Position numbers and translations under genes: made by a program. The notes under the pieces are model-generated. The model worked only from the letters and a program-made list of their open reading frames with translations. It did no database searches and was not told the origin of the DNA. 64,000 bases of DNA, taken from NCBI GenBank assembly GCA_013239625.1, contig MU054323.1:7739220-7803219 (forward strand), written 5' to 3'. Positions 24,847 through 37,447 of this stretch are shown here, piece after piece. Numbering within the stretch: position 1 is the first letter of the stretch; each line of letters opens with the position of its first letter. The stretch is from Lama guanicoe (Eukaryota).

Positions 24847-25149
24847 CTTTTAGCGGTCCCCAAAATTGGTATTATCTGAGAACTTGTTAGTAACGCAGAC
24901 TCTTAGGCCCTATGCAGGCTTCGTGAATCAGGATCTGAGATCCCCAGGTGACTCGTGTGACATGCTTTAAGGGGAAGACTATTAGCACCATCATTTTCCT
25001 GATAAAAACTCAGAGAGGTTAAGTAATCCATCCAAGGTCACATCATGGCCATTAAATTTAAATGGAGACTCTAGGCTCAGGTCTGTCTGGCTCCAAAGCC
25101 CACGTTCTTCCTGCTGCAGACATTGTGCGGCGTGCTTTAGAAAGCAGAA

Positions 25150-26190
25150 CCTGCTCAAAGGAAAGCAACATGTTTCCAGCAAGAGGAAACCATATCTGAC
25201 TGATCTCCAAGAATTCTTTCAGGGACAAAATAGATTATTCCAGTCCGTGGGGAAGACGGTGGCCAGAACTTCAGAGGTTAAAACGCTTCTGCAAGGGTCT
25301 ACATCAGAGGTTATTCAAAGTTACATGAGGGTGGGGGGGTGGAAAGGAGATAGAAAAAGGGAAATACTTTCTCACCACAGGGAGGTGGATTAGGGAAAGG
25401 AAACAGAAATAAACAGGCCTCTCTCTAGATGGAAAAATGTTTAAATGTCAACTGGTGGGACTGATCTCCATTAGAAATCTTGCAAGAAAGGGTGAAAGGT
25501 GAAATACCAATGTCAAAGATGCCCCCAAATCCTTGCAGATGATAAAGAGCAAGAGAATTTCTGAGTTGCCAAAAAATGGCAGATGAGCTTCAATCACAGT
25601 TTTATATTTGGGGAAGAAGAATGCCTAGCTCTACTCAGTAAATGCTATGAGCAATCAGTTATAAACCAAAAAGAGAGAAGAGGGGGTAGTTTTTCTCTAC
25701 TGTTCCCAGAAGACACTGGCTTAACATGCTGCCACAGCTAAAAATGCCAATAGCATCTGGCCAGGCACCATCACGAAGGCTTTTTGGAAACCACACAAAA
25801 ATCATTCCACCCAAATATAAAACTATGATGCAGCTGAATCTGGAGTACTGTGTGTCGATCACTCACTGCATCTCTGGGGACATGAAGGAGAGCGAAGATC
25901 CAGAGAAGGGCAGCTAAAACCATCCAAGGGCTATTATAAGAGACTCAAAAAAAAAAAATAGGACTCTTTAGTCTGCAAAGACAAAGAAAGGTTAAGAGGA
26001 TGGATGGACCTGGAAACTATACCATCAAAACAGGTGTGAAAAGGAAAGATCCAGGGTTTTCCAATCAATCCCTGGCACAGAGAGTAAGAGCTTGTACCTT
26101 GAGTTTTTAGAACTAAGGGAAGTTCTGTTTACAGAAGGTAATAAATTTATGAAATATGATATCTCAGGAGAACTGTATCAAATACTTCCC
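25150..26190 (+). mobile_element. Ancient CR1/L3 LINE RT fossil in intron 1
   Basis: Collinear degenerate peptides QHVSSKRKPYLTDLQEFF, KWQMSFN, IIPPKYKTMMQLNLEYCV and GLFSL resemble CR1 ORF2 motifs. Confidence 0.75.
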
Positions 26191-28587
26191 AGCTCATTAA
26201 GGGATTCTGGGGACACATTTATAATCTTTTATTGTCCTCTGCTTTCAGAAAAAAATATTTGCACTAACGTCAAAATAACCTCAGAAATAAAATGGAAAAA
26301 AACCTTCACATACTCCTCATTATAGCTACTTAGCTTCTTTTATTTTCCCTATTTTCCAGATTTTTCCATAGGCACACATCATTTTTTCACATCTATAGAC
26401 ATGGTATAAATACATGTTCTGCTATTTCCACTTTATCAAATATCTCAAGAATTTCCTGTTCCTCCCATAAGGTTTATGATTATAAGTTTAATGACTACAT
26501 GAATGGATAATTTATCTTTAATTAATCCCCATTATAAGATATCTTGGTTGTTTGGTTAATGCTTATAATAAATACTCTTACACATATAATTTTTTGCTTG
26601 TTTAGATGACTTTCTTAGAAGGAAATTTCAGGAGTGGACAAAAGATTATAAACATTTTGTACATCTTAGAACACACTGTCAAGTTACCTTTATAACAGTT
26701 TATACCACTTAAACTACCACTAGCAATAAATAATGGAACCACTTTTATTACAGTGTCATAGGCATGAAGCATTATCATTATTTTAAATTTTGCTATAATA
26801 ATAGGTATAAAATTGAGCCTCCCATTAAGTTTATATTCTCTATACCTTTGTGGTAGGCTTACAGAGGTCTGATCTCTCCTTTTACGACATGCTCTTTTAT
26901 GCTTTTTTTTTTTGGTGATTTTAAAGTGAGGAGATGGACCTGATTCTTTGTATATTCAGCCCCCACCTTCTCCATTTACTCCCACTTAGTTCAAGAAACC
27001 CATTAGGAAGACACTGTCGGGCAGAATTTGAGCTGCCAATCAGGCTTGGAATTTGATGCACCAGCCAAGACTACAAGGGCACCCAAGACCCAAGCCTGCT
27101 CCCACTGCCACCCCCAAGACCTGATTCCCAGGGCTGGTTTCTGTGCTGGCTCTTGCTAATCAGCCTGAGTGTTAGGCTTCCTCCTTGGACCTGGAACTCT
27201 GCTGCAAGATCTCTCCTCTGGCTGGGCCCTAGGCTCCACGAAGATAGTTCTGCACAATGCCTGAATGCCCATATCATCCCATTCCACTTGTCCCCTGCCC
27301 CATGCTTGTCTGCTTGCCCTGCCGGGACCCAGCACCGACGTGGTCTTAATGACAGCTGAGTTTGACTTATCGGTTTCTCACCAAGTCTTGCTCACTGGCC
27401 CAGCCCCCACGGTCAGCCAAGCCTGCCCGACAGAACCTGTCTTGTGCTAGTAGAGGCGGCTGGCCCTGGCACGAAGTCTAGGGATGAGCCCCAATCCAGG
27501 TGCAAGGTCTCAGCACCCCCAGATTCAGTCTACTGCTGTTGGCTTCACCCCACACTCTAAAATATGTTATGCAAGATTCCAGTTCTTGCCAAGAAACAGC
27601 TTTTTTTTTTTTGCTTTTGCTTTTTATTTTCTCCATTTCTCTGAGGATATCAGTGGTCATCTCTTTTTCCTCAGAGATTTCTGTCCCTAAGTATCACCTA
27701 CGGAGGGCAGGGAGGGACAGGGATGTCTCAAATCCCTAGGCATACTTCAGGCCAGGGGGTACTGCAGAGGGGCTGGGAAGCTGGGGTTCCCAGTTCCCAG
27801 GAAATTTTCCCAGAGCTCTTAGCTGCCCCCGTTAATGCTGCCTTTGTGATTTCTCAGGGCAAAAGGTCCAAGTGAGTGGGCCTCTGGACAGGACTGGGTT
27901 TGGTTCTACTGGTTCTAAATAAGCTCAGTGTAACTAAAAGGCCAGCAGAAGCTGTGGGGGTGGAAAAGACAGAGCTGGGGGCTCCAAGGACATGGTCTGT
28001 CTCTTGCGAGAGGGATAAAAATCACAGGACAACTAAGGCCTTGACCTCAGGGAATCATTGACCCCAACTCTCTTTGCTTTATAGATAAGAAAACTTGAGG
28101 CCCAGAGATGGAGTATTCTAAGCCTGGAGTCTCATAATTAAGAAATGAATCTGTGTAGCTGCTCCTGTATTGACTATGCGCTTTCCAAATAGTTTCCCAA
28201 TTTGATTAGGGTCTTGATCCCAGGTATTAGAGGCAGGTCAGCTGCTGTGACAATTAACAGCCAAGATCACCACAGGGATCATGTCTGCTTGCAGACACAG
28301 CTTGGGATACTCAAAGGCTCGCTTCTTCCTCTTCCAACTGAAGTGCGAAGCCAGGAGGAGAAAGGAGCCCCAGCCCTCATGAAGTGCTGATCTGGAAAGC
28401 CAGAATGGAGACGGCCAGGCCCAGCCAGCCGCTCTTCCAAGGAGGTACCATCAAGTATGGTTTTACAGAGAAGCCAGACAGGCTTTGCCCCGCCACTGCC
28501 AGCTGATCTGTGATATTCTGCAGGAGACAGGAGCCTCAGATGCAATGTGCCTGTGGCTGGGCTAGGTCCTTTTTGTGTGACATCCTA

Positions 28588-28745
28588 TTTAATCATCACA
28601 AGAGCCTTTTAAGATAATGAGTATGATCCCCATTTGGCATAAAAGGAAACTAAGGCTCAGACAGGTGAAGTGACTTGCTCGAGGTGATGGAGCCAGTAAA
28701 TGGCAGAAGTGATATTTAAAGACCAGCCTCCTAATTCCCAGTCCA
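28588..28745. mobile_element. MIR SINE (representative copy)
   Basis: MIR core ccccattt...aggaaactaaggctcagacaggtgaagtgacttgc. Other MIR-like copies at about 12207, 19945, 24990, 30650, 32690, 33200, 36800, 40640 and 41560. Confidence 0.8.
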
Positions 28746-31700
28746 GCGGTCTTTTCCCTGTTCCATAGCTTTCTCCTGGGTTCAGGCAGGGTGGCATCTT
28801 GCAGAAAAGCAACATTTGGTATTTGCACCTTTGCCAACTCAGGAACCATGGGGAAAGCTCAGGGCACCATTTTTTTCTCTTCCAGCTGAAATAGGCAGAG
28901 CTCTGCTGAAGATGCTTCTGCCTCTGTGAAGCTCTCAAGGGAGCCTCAGACATACATGGATCGAGCTCTAAACTGCATGCTTGAGGGGAGGCCGTCAGTA
29001 TCACCAGAGTCCCCGAGAGAGGCTTGTGGGAAGGGCCACCTAGCAAGTTCCAGGGTGGAATGATTTAAGAGCGCTGGGCATGTCAGTCAGAGAACCTGTA
29101 TCCTGGTACACACTCTACCACCCTATTTGTAAGAAATCTAGGGCATCAGCCCCCTGGACTTCATCTGTAAAATGGGACAAATATCCAGTAACTTTGCAGG
29201 CTTTGGGTAAGAATGGCAAGTTGGATAATAGATGTGAAAATACTTGGTAACTGATAACGTACCATCAAATGCCTGCGGTTACTTGTTGTATCAGTACCTG
29301 ATGGACACTTACCCACCAGTCATCACAAAGAGCAAAACAAAACTAGTGCAACAGTCCTTGCTTCCACCTCTTAGGAAATACGGCCACTCCTACCATCACA
29401 GACCTATTTCTCTTTTTGTGGCCCTCAGGTTGTAGATCTTGAGGAACCAGCGGTAAGGGAAGAAGAAATGAGACCATGGTGAAGGGAAGAACAGTGCTAT
29501 TTCCAGTGATTCTCTGTAGTGGGGGACATAAACCAGAAGCCTGAGTCTGAGTTTCCTGCCTTGCGTCTCCTTGGATGACTCAAAACACAACATAAATAAT
29601 CTTTCAAATGCTAGCCATTCTCTCATCAAGAACAATCAGAGATCAGGAAACTATTAGCTGGGGAGTGAGATGAGCTGGACTCTACTTCCCGTCTCATCCA
29701 GGACACGGTATGGATGCCCACAAAGGCTTCAGTCCACCTTGGAGAAGAGCAGGAAGGAAAAAAGCAGCTCATCTACTTGAGTAAGAAAACCACGAGCACC
29801 TCAGATCTGATCCTTCCCCTCATCTGTTTCCCTCTCTTATTTGTGACGTGCCAGGGGGTTTCTCTCCAGCACCATGGACGCAAACCCAGCCAGACGACAG
29901 AATGCTACAGTGTCAGAACTGGATGAGACCTAAGGATGCACAAAGTGCAGACTCAGTACTTTACAGATCCTGGGTCCTTCCGCCTCCAGCTTCGCGGCAA
30001 TGCTTGGTCATCCCTCTGCAGCCCTCACTGCCCCTCACCCAGGCTGATCTCTAATCCTGGGCTCCTGACCCACCGCTTCCAAGGTGAATCAGCAAATGGT
30101 GCAGAAAGCAAGGAATCATCTATTGATCGTGTCTTACAGTCCCTGGGAGGTGAAGTGACTTGTCCAAGGTCACAGCATTACCAATAACCGGGGATCACTG
30201 GGTATTATTATCAACTCTGCATTTCCCTCAATTATTCATTACCTTTAAGTCAATCCTCCAACCACACGTTAATGCATTTCTTTTACAGTTTCCCTCCCTT
30301 AAAAATTTAGATTTGCTTTTATTTCATTAACAAAGTAATATAGGCTTATAAAAAATATACATACAGTGAAAAATAAAACCCCCTTCCTATTAAAATCCCT
30401 AGAGATAACTACTATGTAAGTTCTCATAATTCACTCCAGAAACTTAAATAATTTAAAGACGAAGTCAGCCATATCTACTGATTTACATTCTTGGCCCCGG
30501 TGTTCGAAAAGATTTGCCGATTGTATGAATGACTAGCACTAGGCTGAGGTCAGAGGCTGGGGGTTTGCATCACGTGAAAGGACAGAGGCCTATTAGCTGG
30601 GATCTGGCATGAAGCCTTCGTTTTGGAGTTGGTGATACAGGGTGGAGGGGAAGGTCATGGGCTTTGGAGTCAAGCAGACATACGCTCATATTCTGGCATG
30701 TGACCTTGGGTTGTTCCTTAATTGTCGTGCCTCGGTATCCTTTACCTGTCACATGGAGACTGAAACATGACTACTTCATGGTGCTATTGTGAGGACTGAA
30801 TAAAACAAGGCACACAAAGAATACAGCGAGTACTTGGCATTAAACATGCACTAGAGAAAGGGGAGTCGCCACTATCATGCCAACTGTTGCTGTTACTATT
30901 CTACTGGCTCACCTGAAGAAGCAGAAAGCCTACAGGTCCATTACCTCCCACTACAGAAACAGTTTGACCCAGGGCCTGGTACTCCTCTGTTGAGTATATC
31001 TGGGAGGAAATGGAGACAACTAGAAAGTAACTCTTTAGTCTGAGCAGGAGTTAATGCCCAGGAATTTCTCAGGATATTAAAAATTTGAGATACACAGCCC
31101 CCGTGGCTGAGGGCTGGATTGATGGGAAGAGAGGCCATTTTCTTACCTACGCAGGCCACCTGATTCAGCAGCTCTCAGGCCCAGCCAGTTCTAGAAACGT
31201 CACAGACTGGCCAGGGACAGTAGGCTGGCAGGGCACAGATGGGAGGGGTGCCCTTCTCCAGCTGAATTCCAGGCCTTTCCTCCTGGTCCTCAGAGCACAA
31301 TGAGAACATTATCACAGCCACTTCATCCAATCTTGCGCTATCCGGGGGCTGGAAATGACTAAGGGCAATATGATAATACACTCCTCCAGCCAATGCACAT
31401 CAGGAGAAACCCAGTACTGGACCGAATGGCCTCCTGAGCCTCAACATAACTTGCAGCCCAGAACCTCTGATGGAAATGTATTAATTTTATATAGTTCCTG
31501 CCAGTCAAGTCTTTATATTACAAAATGCCTCACCTCATGGCAATTCTGTTAACTGATCACACCCACCAGGGATAGGAAGGAGTGTAAGTCACTGTTCCCA
31601 CCAGTGCTAAGAGGCCATGGACTCTGACCAGATGCCAGACCCAGCTTGGAGCCCTGGTCACTGGCTATCGTGAAGCTTCTCTCAAAGGCAGTGGAAGACT

Positions 31701-32269
31701 CAGCTGGAATGGGGGCGGTGCACACAGTCCCCTGATCACCCAGCCCCATTCATCTCAGAGTGTCTGGCGTGGGGCTAGTGTCCCTGGGGACATGCGGAAG
31801 GCACCAGACCAGCTTTGGGAACACAGATGCTCCCTGGATTATTGGGGAGTCTCCGGAGACAGGATACAGCGCTTTTTGGAGACTAACATTGAGATCAGAA
31901 CAGAGGAATGATGCTGACATTTAACTCTCTCTTCTAGAGCACTTTGTCTCCCAGTTGGGGTTTCTTCTCCCCAGAAACCCTGCTGTCCACCCCTTTACCC
32001 ACTCTCCTTTCTCCCCGGCTCTGTGACTCCATTTCTCTTTCCCCTCTTCACCGTCCCCCTCTATTTCTTTTCTGTCTTTCCCTCATTTTCTTCTCTTTTT
32101 TTCTCATTGTCTTTCTCTGATTGGCCATGACAGAGAGCTGGAAATACCTTCTATTATTGGTTGAATTCATACACTAACCTTCAGATCCTCTGATCTTAAT
32201 CTCAAAAAGATGAACTGAACACTTCAGATTTTGCTTAAAAAAAAATACTGCTTTTAACAATGAAGGACA

Positions 32270-32480
32270 CTGAAGAGGAGGGGACATTAAAGATCACCTA
32301 GTTCAGTGGATTTTCTGATACATGGAATCCCTTTGGAGCACTCGGACATTCAGTTTCTCCTTGGACACTTCCAGGGATCGGAGCCCACTATCTCTTGCAG
32401 TAGACCAGTTCTAACTGCTGAGAAGTTCTTTACATTAAGCTTAACCTGCTCCCCTAATTCCCACTCCCTGGTTATCAGGA
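32270..32480 (-). mobile_element. CR1/L3 3'-region fragment
   Basis: cttggacacttccagggatcggagcccacta...ttctaactgctgagaagttcttt resembles antisense L3. Confidence 0.55.
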
Positions 32481-35400
32481 CAATCTAGGATACAAAAACA
32501 GTGCAATCAGCAGAAGGGCAGTGAGGTACATCTTATGTTCAAAGGATTGGGTAGACTAGTTGGTTAACTTGGGCAAGCAAGGTTAAAGAGACGTATTATA
32601 GTCAGACTCTGGTAGGCCTTGAATGCCAAACTCAAATGTGATGTGTTTGACATATCAGGAAGGTATAGGTAGCTGCAGACGACAGTAATAAACAATTATT
32701 ATTTACTGAACTCTTACATGCCAGGAACCGTGCAAAGTGCTTTAATGCTGATTATCTCATTTCATTTCCCCAACATTACTATGACATATAGGTGCTATTA
32801 CTATTCCATTTTATAGATGAGGAAACTGAAGTCTCAGAACTAGTAAATCACTAAACCCAGGCCTGCCTGACTCTGAGGTCTCTGCTCTGGATACAGCAGT
32901 GTACAAAATAGGGTCAGCAGAGAGACCAGGACAGGAGACCTTAATTTGGGAGTCACTTACATAACGGGAGAGAGGGTCTAGAACAGAGGGCCAAGGGTCT
33001 ATTTGAGTCTTCTTCTAAAGACAAGCCCTCAACCTCCATTTCCAGTCCTGTACTTGCTTCTAAACTCCCCTGAGCCACCTCCAGCAGCCCACCGGACTGT
33101 TACCTCAAATTCAACACGTTTACACTTGCTCCTTTATTTTCACCACCTCCCCAGCAACCAGTTCCCAACCTGACATTCCTAATTCCTTAAGCATAAAAGA
33201 GGATCAAAGTTTGTGTCAAACCAACCTGGGCTCAACTAGATTTGCCATATACAAACCATGAGGCCTTGGGGAAGTCACAAAACCTCAGATTTTCTTTTCA
33301 TGTATAAAGTGGGAACAGTAATAACACCTTTCTGTGAAGGTGCTTGTGGGGATTCCATGAGATAATTTGTATACAGCATCCAGTCCAGTGTTTGGCACAT
33401 AGCAAGTGTTAAGTAAATGGCATTATTCTTACTATTATCGCTGTTTCTCAGGCTTGAAACTTCTCTTGCATCCCATTTAGGGTTAATCCCAATGCTGAGA
33501 AATGGGAGGAAGAAAAGGGGCCCACAAAGGAGACAGTAAAAATTCAAAGCAATTTGGACTCTGTAATGACCTCATCCCTCTGGCTTATGGGGCTGCTTCT
33601 GCAGGGTCTCTTTTCCACACCCGCCACAGAGAGAGCTGGGCTCCAGCCAAGCGCCCCCCTGCTCTTCTCCCTCCAGACCTACTTACTTGGGGATCAATGA
33701 GCAGAGCTGTTACTTCTATCTCTTCCACTCCTCTCTTCCGTTCAAGCCTGCATTTTGTGTAACCTGCCTCCCCTAAACACCCTCCTTTCCTTCTAAGTCT
33801 CTAGAATCAAAGCTTTAGAAATCACCTAGTGCAAGCCCTCAAAAAATGAAGCTCTAAATTAAAACAGTCATTAAAAATTTTTTCTCGCACAATTAGAACG
33901 GGCCTCCACCAGTCCTTACTGCAGTACGTGCACTGGGCACAGACATTTGAGTTGTCACTGTGCATGGCCATAACCTCAGCTGTGGGTCTGTCTGTGACTT
34001 TACCAACTCCCCCGACCTCTTAGGTCTAGGATGCTATCAAGACCCCCCGGAGATCCCACACAAGTATGGATGGCTAATGACTACCGATAAACATGCACTG
34101 ATGACAGTCACAAACCCACACACATTTGCACAGACTCTCATCCCCCGAGGCCCACAGTAAATATGAAAAGAGATGAAAGGAGACTCCAAGGAGACAGGCA
34201 TGGTGTTTGTACATAGTGAGGGCAGAACAAAGGGAACGGGGAGCCTAGAGGTGGCGGGCAGGGAAAGCAGGCGAAACGGACTGAAGAATGAGTCAGAGAG
34301 AGTGAATGAGGGCACTGGGTCGCATCAGCTACCGCTCAGCTGCCCCCCAGGGGTGGTGTGACTGGAAGTAGGGAATGGGGGGAGGCGCGAAGGGGAGTTG
34401 ATGTCATAGCTCAGAAAGTGGGAGCTGGAGTGCGTTGCAGACGGAGCGCAGAAACTCAGCTAATATCCAGGAGGGCTCTCGCCTTCCGAGGTCTCCCAGA
34501 TCTTTCCTGCCCGGCTCTGCTCCCAGGGCTGCAGGGTTTTGGCAAGGCAGCAGGGATGTCAGGGGAAGGAAAGAGTTAAGCTAACAACAAAGATGTCAGT
34601 CCTGGAGATCACTGGACCCCTGCCCTGCGTGGCAGACAGAAGCCACCCGGTGGCTGCTAGTGCCCACCATCTATTTAGAGCTTTCAACTTATTTCAAATG
34701 CCCACACACTGATGATCTCATTTAATCTTTGGCACAATCCTGTGAAACAGGCAGGCCTGGGATTATCTCAAACATGCTCCTCCCAGCTTTACCTGGTGGA
34801 TCCCTCAAGAGCCCTCAAGCCCTCAAATTGTTTCCTCCATCCCAGAAACACCCAACGCGGAACCAGCAGTGCCTTGGGGACTGTAAGGAGACTGGGGTCC
34901 TCTGTCTAGGCTCCATTCTGGGCTTGCTGGCTGCTGTTCATCCTGGGCTGGGTGTGATAAGAAGTCACAGGATGTGGAATCATTCCCCTCCTGGAATTTC
35001 CCAGGCCTCTCTCCCCCTTCACTTATATCTGAAAGCCTGGCACATAATGACCATGTCACCCAGTCCCCAGGGAGCTGCGTCAGACTTCTCATCGGAAGAA
35101 TGGAAACCTGAGGCCTAGAGAGGCAAAGGCCTTTGCCCTGAGTCACACAGAGAGCAAACGCGGAGGGATCCGTGAAGACTGGGAAAGAGCAGAGGTCTGG
35201 GGCCTTCAGAGGACCTGGGCTCCAGTCCTGGCTCTGCTGCCCATCAGCCCAGGGTCATCAAGACAGTCACGCAACCTCCCCAGCCTTGGTTTTCATCACT
35301 GTCAAACGGAAACAGTTACACCCATCTCCTGAGGTTGCTGGGAGGTTTCCATGAGACGAAGATATAAAAAAGTTACATAAAAAATTACTCTGCACATCAA

Positions 35401-37210
35401 ATAGCTCAGGTAACAACATCAGGACTCTGGCATAATGGAAAGAAGCTGGACCAAGTAGAAAGAGTACAGGTCCCTTCAACTCACATATGTGGCCCTAGCA
35501 AATTCGGACCACAGTTTTTCAAGGCCCCTGTAGCTATAAGATGGAGGGTTCTGTGGGCTATGCCTCTGGTGCAAGAATTCTGGTGCTGGCCGCCCTGATC
35601 TCTTGACTGCTTTATTATCTGTGCCCACATTGCCTTAGGTCCAAGAATTTTACTGAGGGAGACAATCAGTGGCCAACAAGGGAGACCCCATTGTTCCCAA
35701 TGGAAAGGACCCCATTGGATCCTTTGCTCCATCCCCTCCACCCAGTTCCCCGGGGCTGAAGTATACCTCTGTACTCTCTTAGGCTCTGTTGCCTCCCAGC
35801 TTTAAGGATGGGTGGGGAAGGGGAGCAAGGGGTGGTGGTGGGGCTCTTGGTAATGAATCCGATGACAGGCTGCCCATGGAAGATCTCCCAGTGGAAAGCA
35901 CCAGACCGCCCTATTCCTTTCCTCCTCGGGAGAGCTGAGTCTAACTGTCTTGTCTTTAATTCTGTGCCTCTCTCAGGATGGCTTCAAATGTGCCAGGCCC
36001 CTGATTCTTTCTCTGAGGAAGTGGCTCAGCATAACACTTACTGAGCTCCTGGAGGTGAATTAAATATTAAACAAGCAAAGCCAGCGCCCCTGGTGTGGCG
36101 GCACATTCCCGTAACACAGACAATGGCATGCAGTTTATCTGTCCCTCTTCCAGTGGCTGCCACTTGCCCTCTCCAGGCAGGGCTTCCCTACTCCCCAGCC
36201 CACACTCCAGACAGGGGATAAGAAATGGTAAGGTTTTGCTCTCCCCAGCAAGTCATCAGCTCATGGTTCCCTGCATCCTTCCTCCAATCACCAGTGTCGA
36301 GGGCTCCCAGGACCTGGAAATGCCTGGAATGTGGAGTTGAGGCATGTGCAACACTGAAATTTAATGGGTCTGTGGTTGGCCAGGCAGGGGAGCCTCCGGA
36401 GCTAAGGGCCACCAGGGCTTGGGAAGCGAGCAGCTCAGGAAGATCACTGAGGCCCTGATGTCTCTCAGAGCAATTGGAAAGTGGCTCTTACTGGGATGAG
36501 GCCTGGGTGTGGGGGCCAGTTGTTTTACTTCTCTGGTTAGAAGAGCCTCAGAGATCACCCAGGCCAACTCTCTATTTTATAAAAAGGGAAACTGAGGCTT
36601 GAGGAAAGGAAGAAGCAACTTACACAAGGTCATTCAAAAAGCTGTAGTACAGCCAGGCCTAGACCGCAGGTCTCCAGTATGTCCTGTCCTCTGCACGATC
36701 TCCTTCTGAAGCTACCAAGCAATGGCCCTGCACCGCACGGGCCCAGGAGCTGCTTTTACAGGAGAAAGACCCGTTCATGGTCCCGTCCTGCCGTCCAAGA
36801 ACTGAAAGAGCACGAGGGCCACTGGCTGCAGCTCAGTTGTGTCACTTTGTAGGATGGAACCTCAGTCATGTCACTTCTCTTGAGTCTTAGTCCCTCACCT
36901 GTAAAATGGGGCTTTAAAACCAGTACCTCGATGGCTACTATCAGGATCAAATGAGATCATGGAGGCGGGGCATTTTGTAAACTGTGAAATTGTCAGATAT
37001 TAAAATGGTGTGAGGTTTGATGGTGCTGCAGAGAGACGACATCACGGGGAGAAGGCTACATCAGAGTGAGAACACACACCAAAAGAGGTGGAGGGCCCGC
37101 CTGGCATCCCCCAGACCTCATGGATACTGGGAACCACTGGCAGAGACTCACATGCAGCAGGTCAGACCAGCCCAAGCTCACTGGTTTGAGAGACTACTTG
37201 CCTGCTTTGC

Positions 37211-37247
37211 TGTGTGTGTGTGTGTGTGTGTGCACGTGTGTGTGTGT
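37211..37247. repeat. (TG)n microsatellite near the start of intron 1
   Basis: Directly visible. Confidence 0.95.
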
Positions 37248-37447
37248 ACCCCCTCCTAGGTGCTCTTGGGAGGCTCTGCCTGGCAGCCTGGAGTCATAGG
37301 AATTTGCCTGGCTTCTCCAGGGGAGCATTTGGCAGGAGGGCAGGACACTTTGCTTCAGGCCAGGCCACAGAACCTCAGAGAAAAGCCTGCCAGCCCAGGT
37401 CCCTCTGGGGACCTCTGGAGTGCCCCTGCTCCCACTGGGGCCCTTAC

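Noticed and set aside
37355..37447. C-terminal 30 aa of the 542-aa ORF in the track
   Set aside because: This is read-through past the strong donor AAG|GTAAGG into intron 1; the real protein continues in exon 2.
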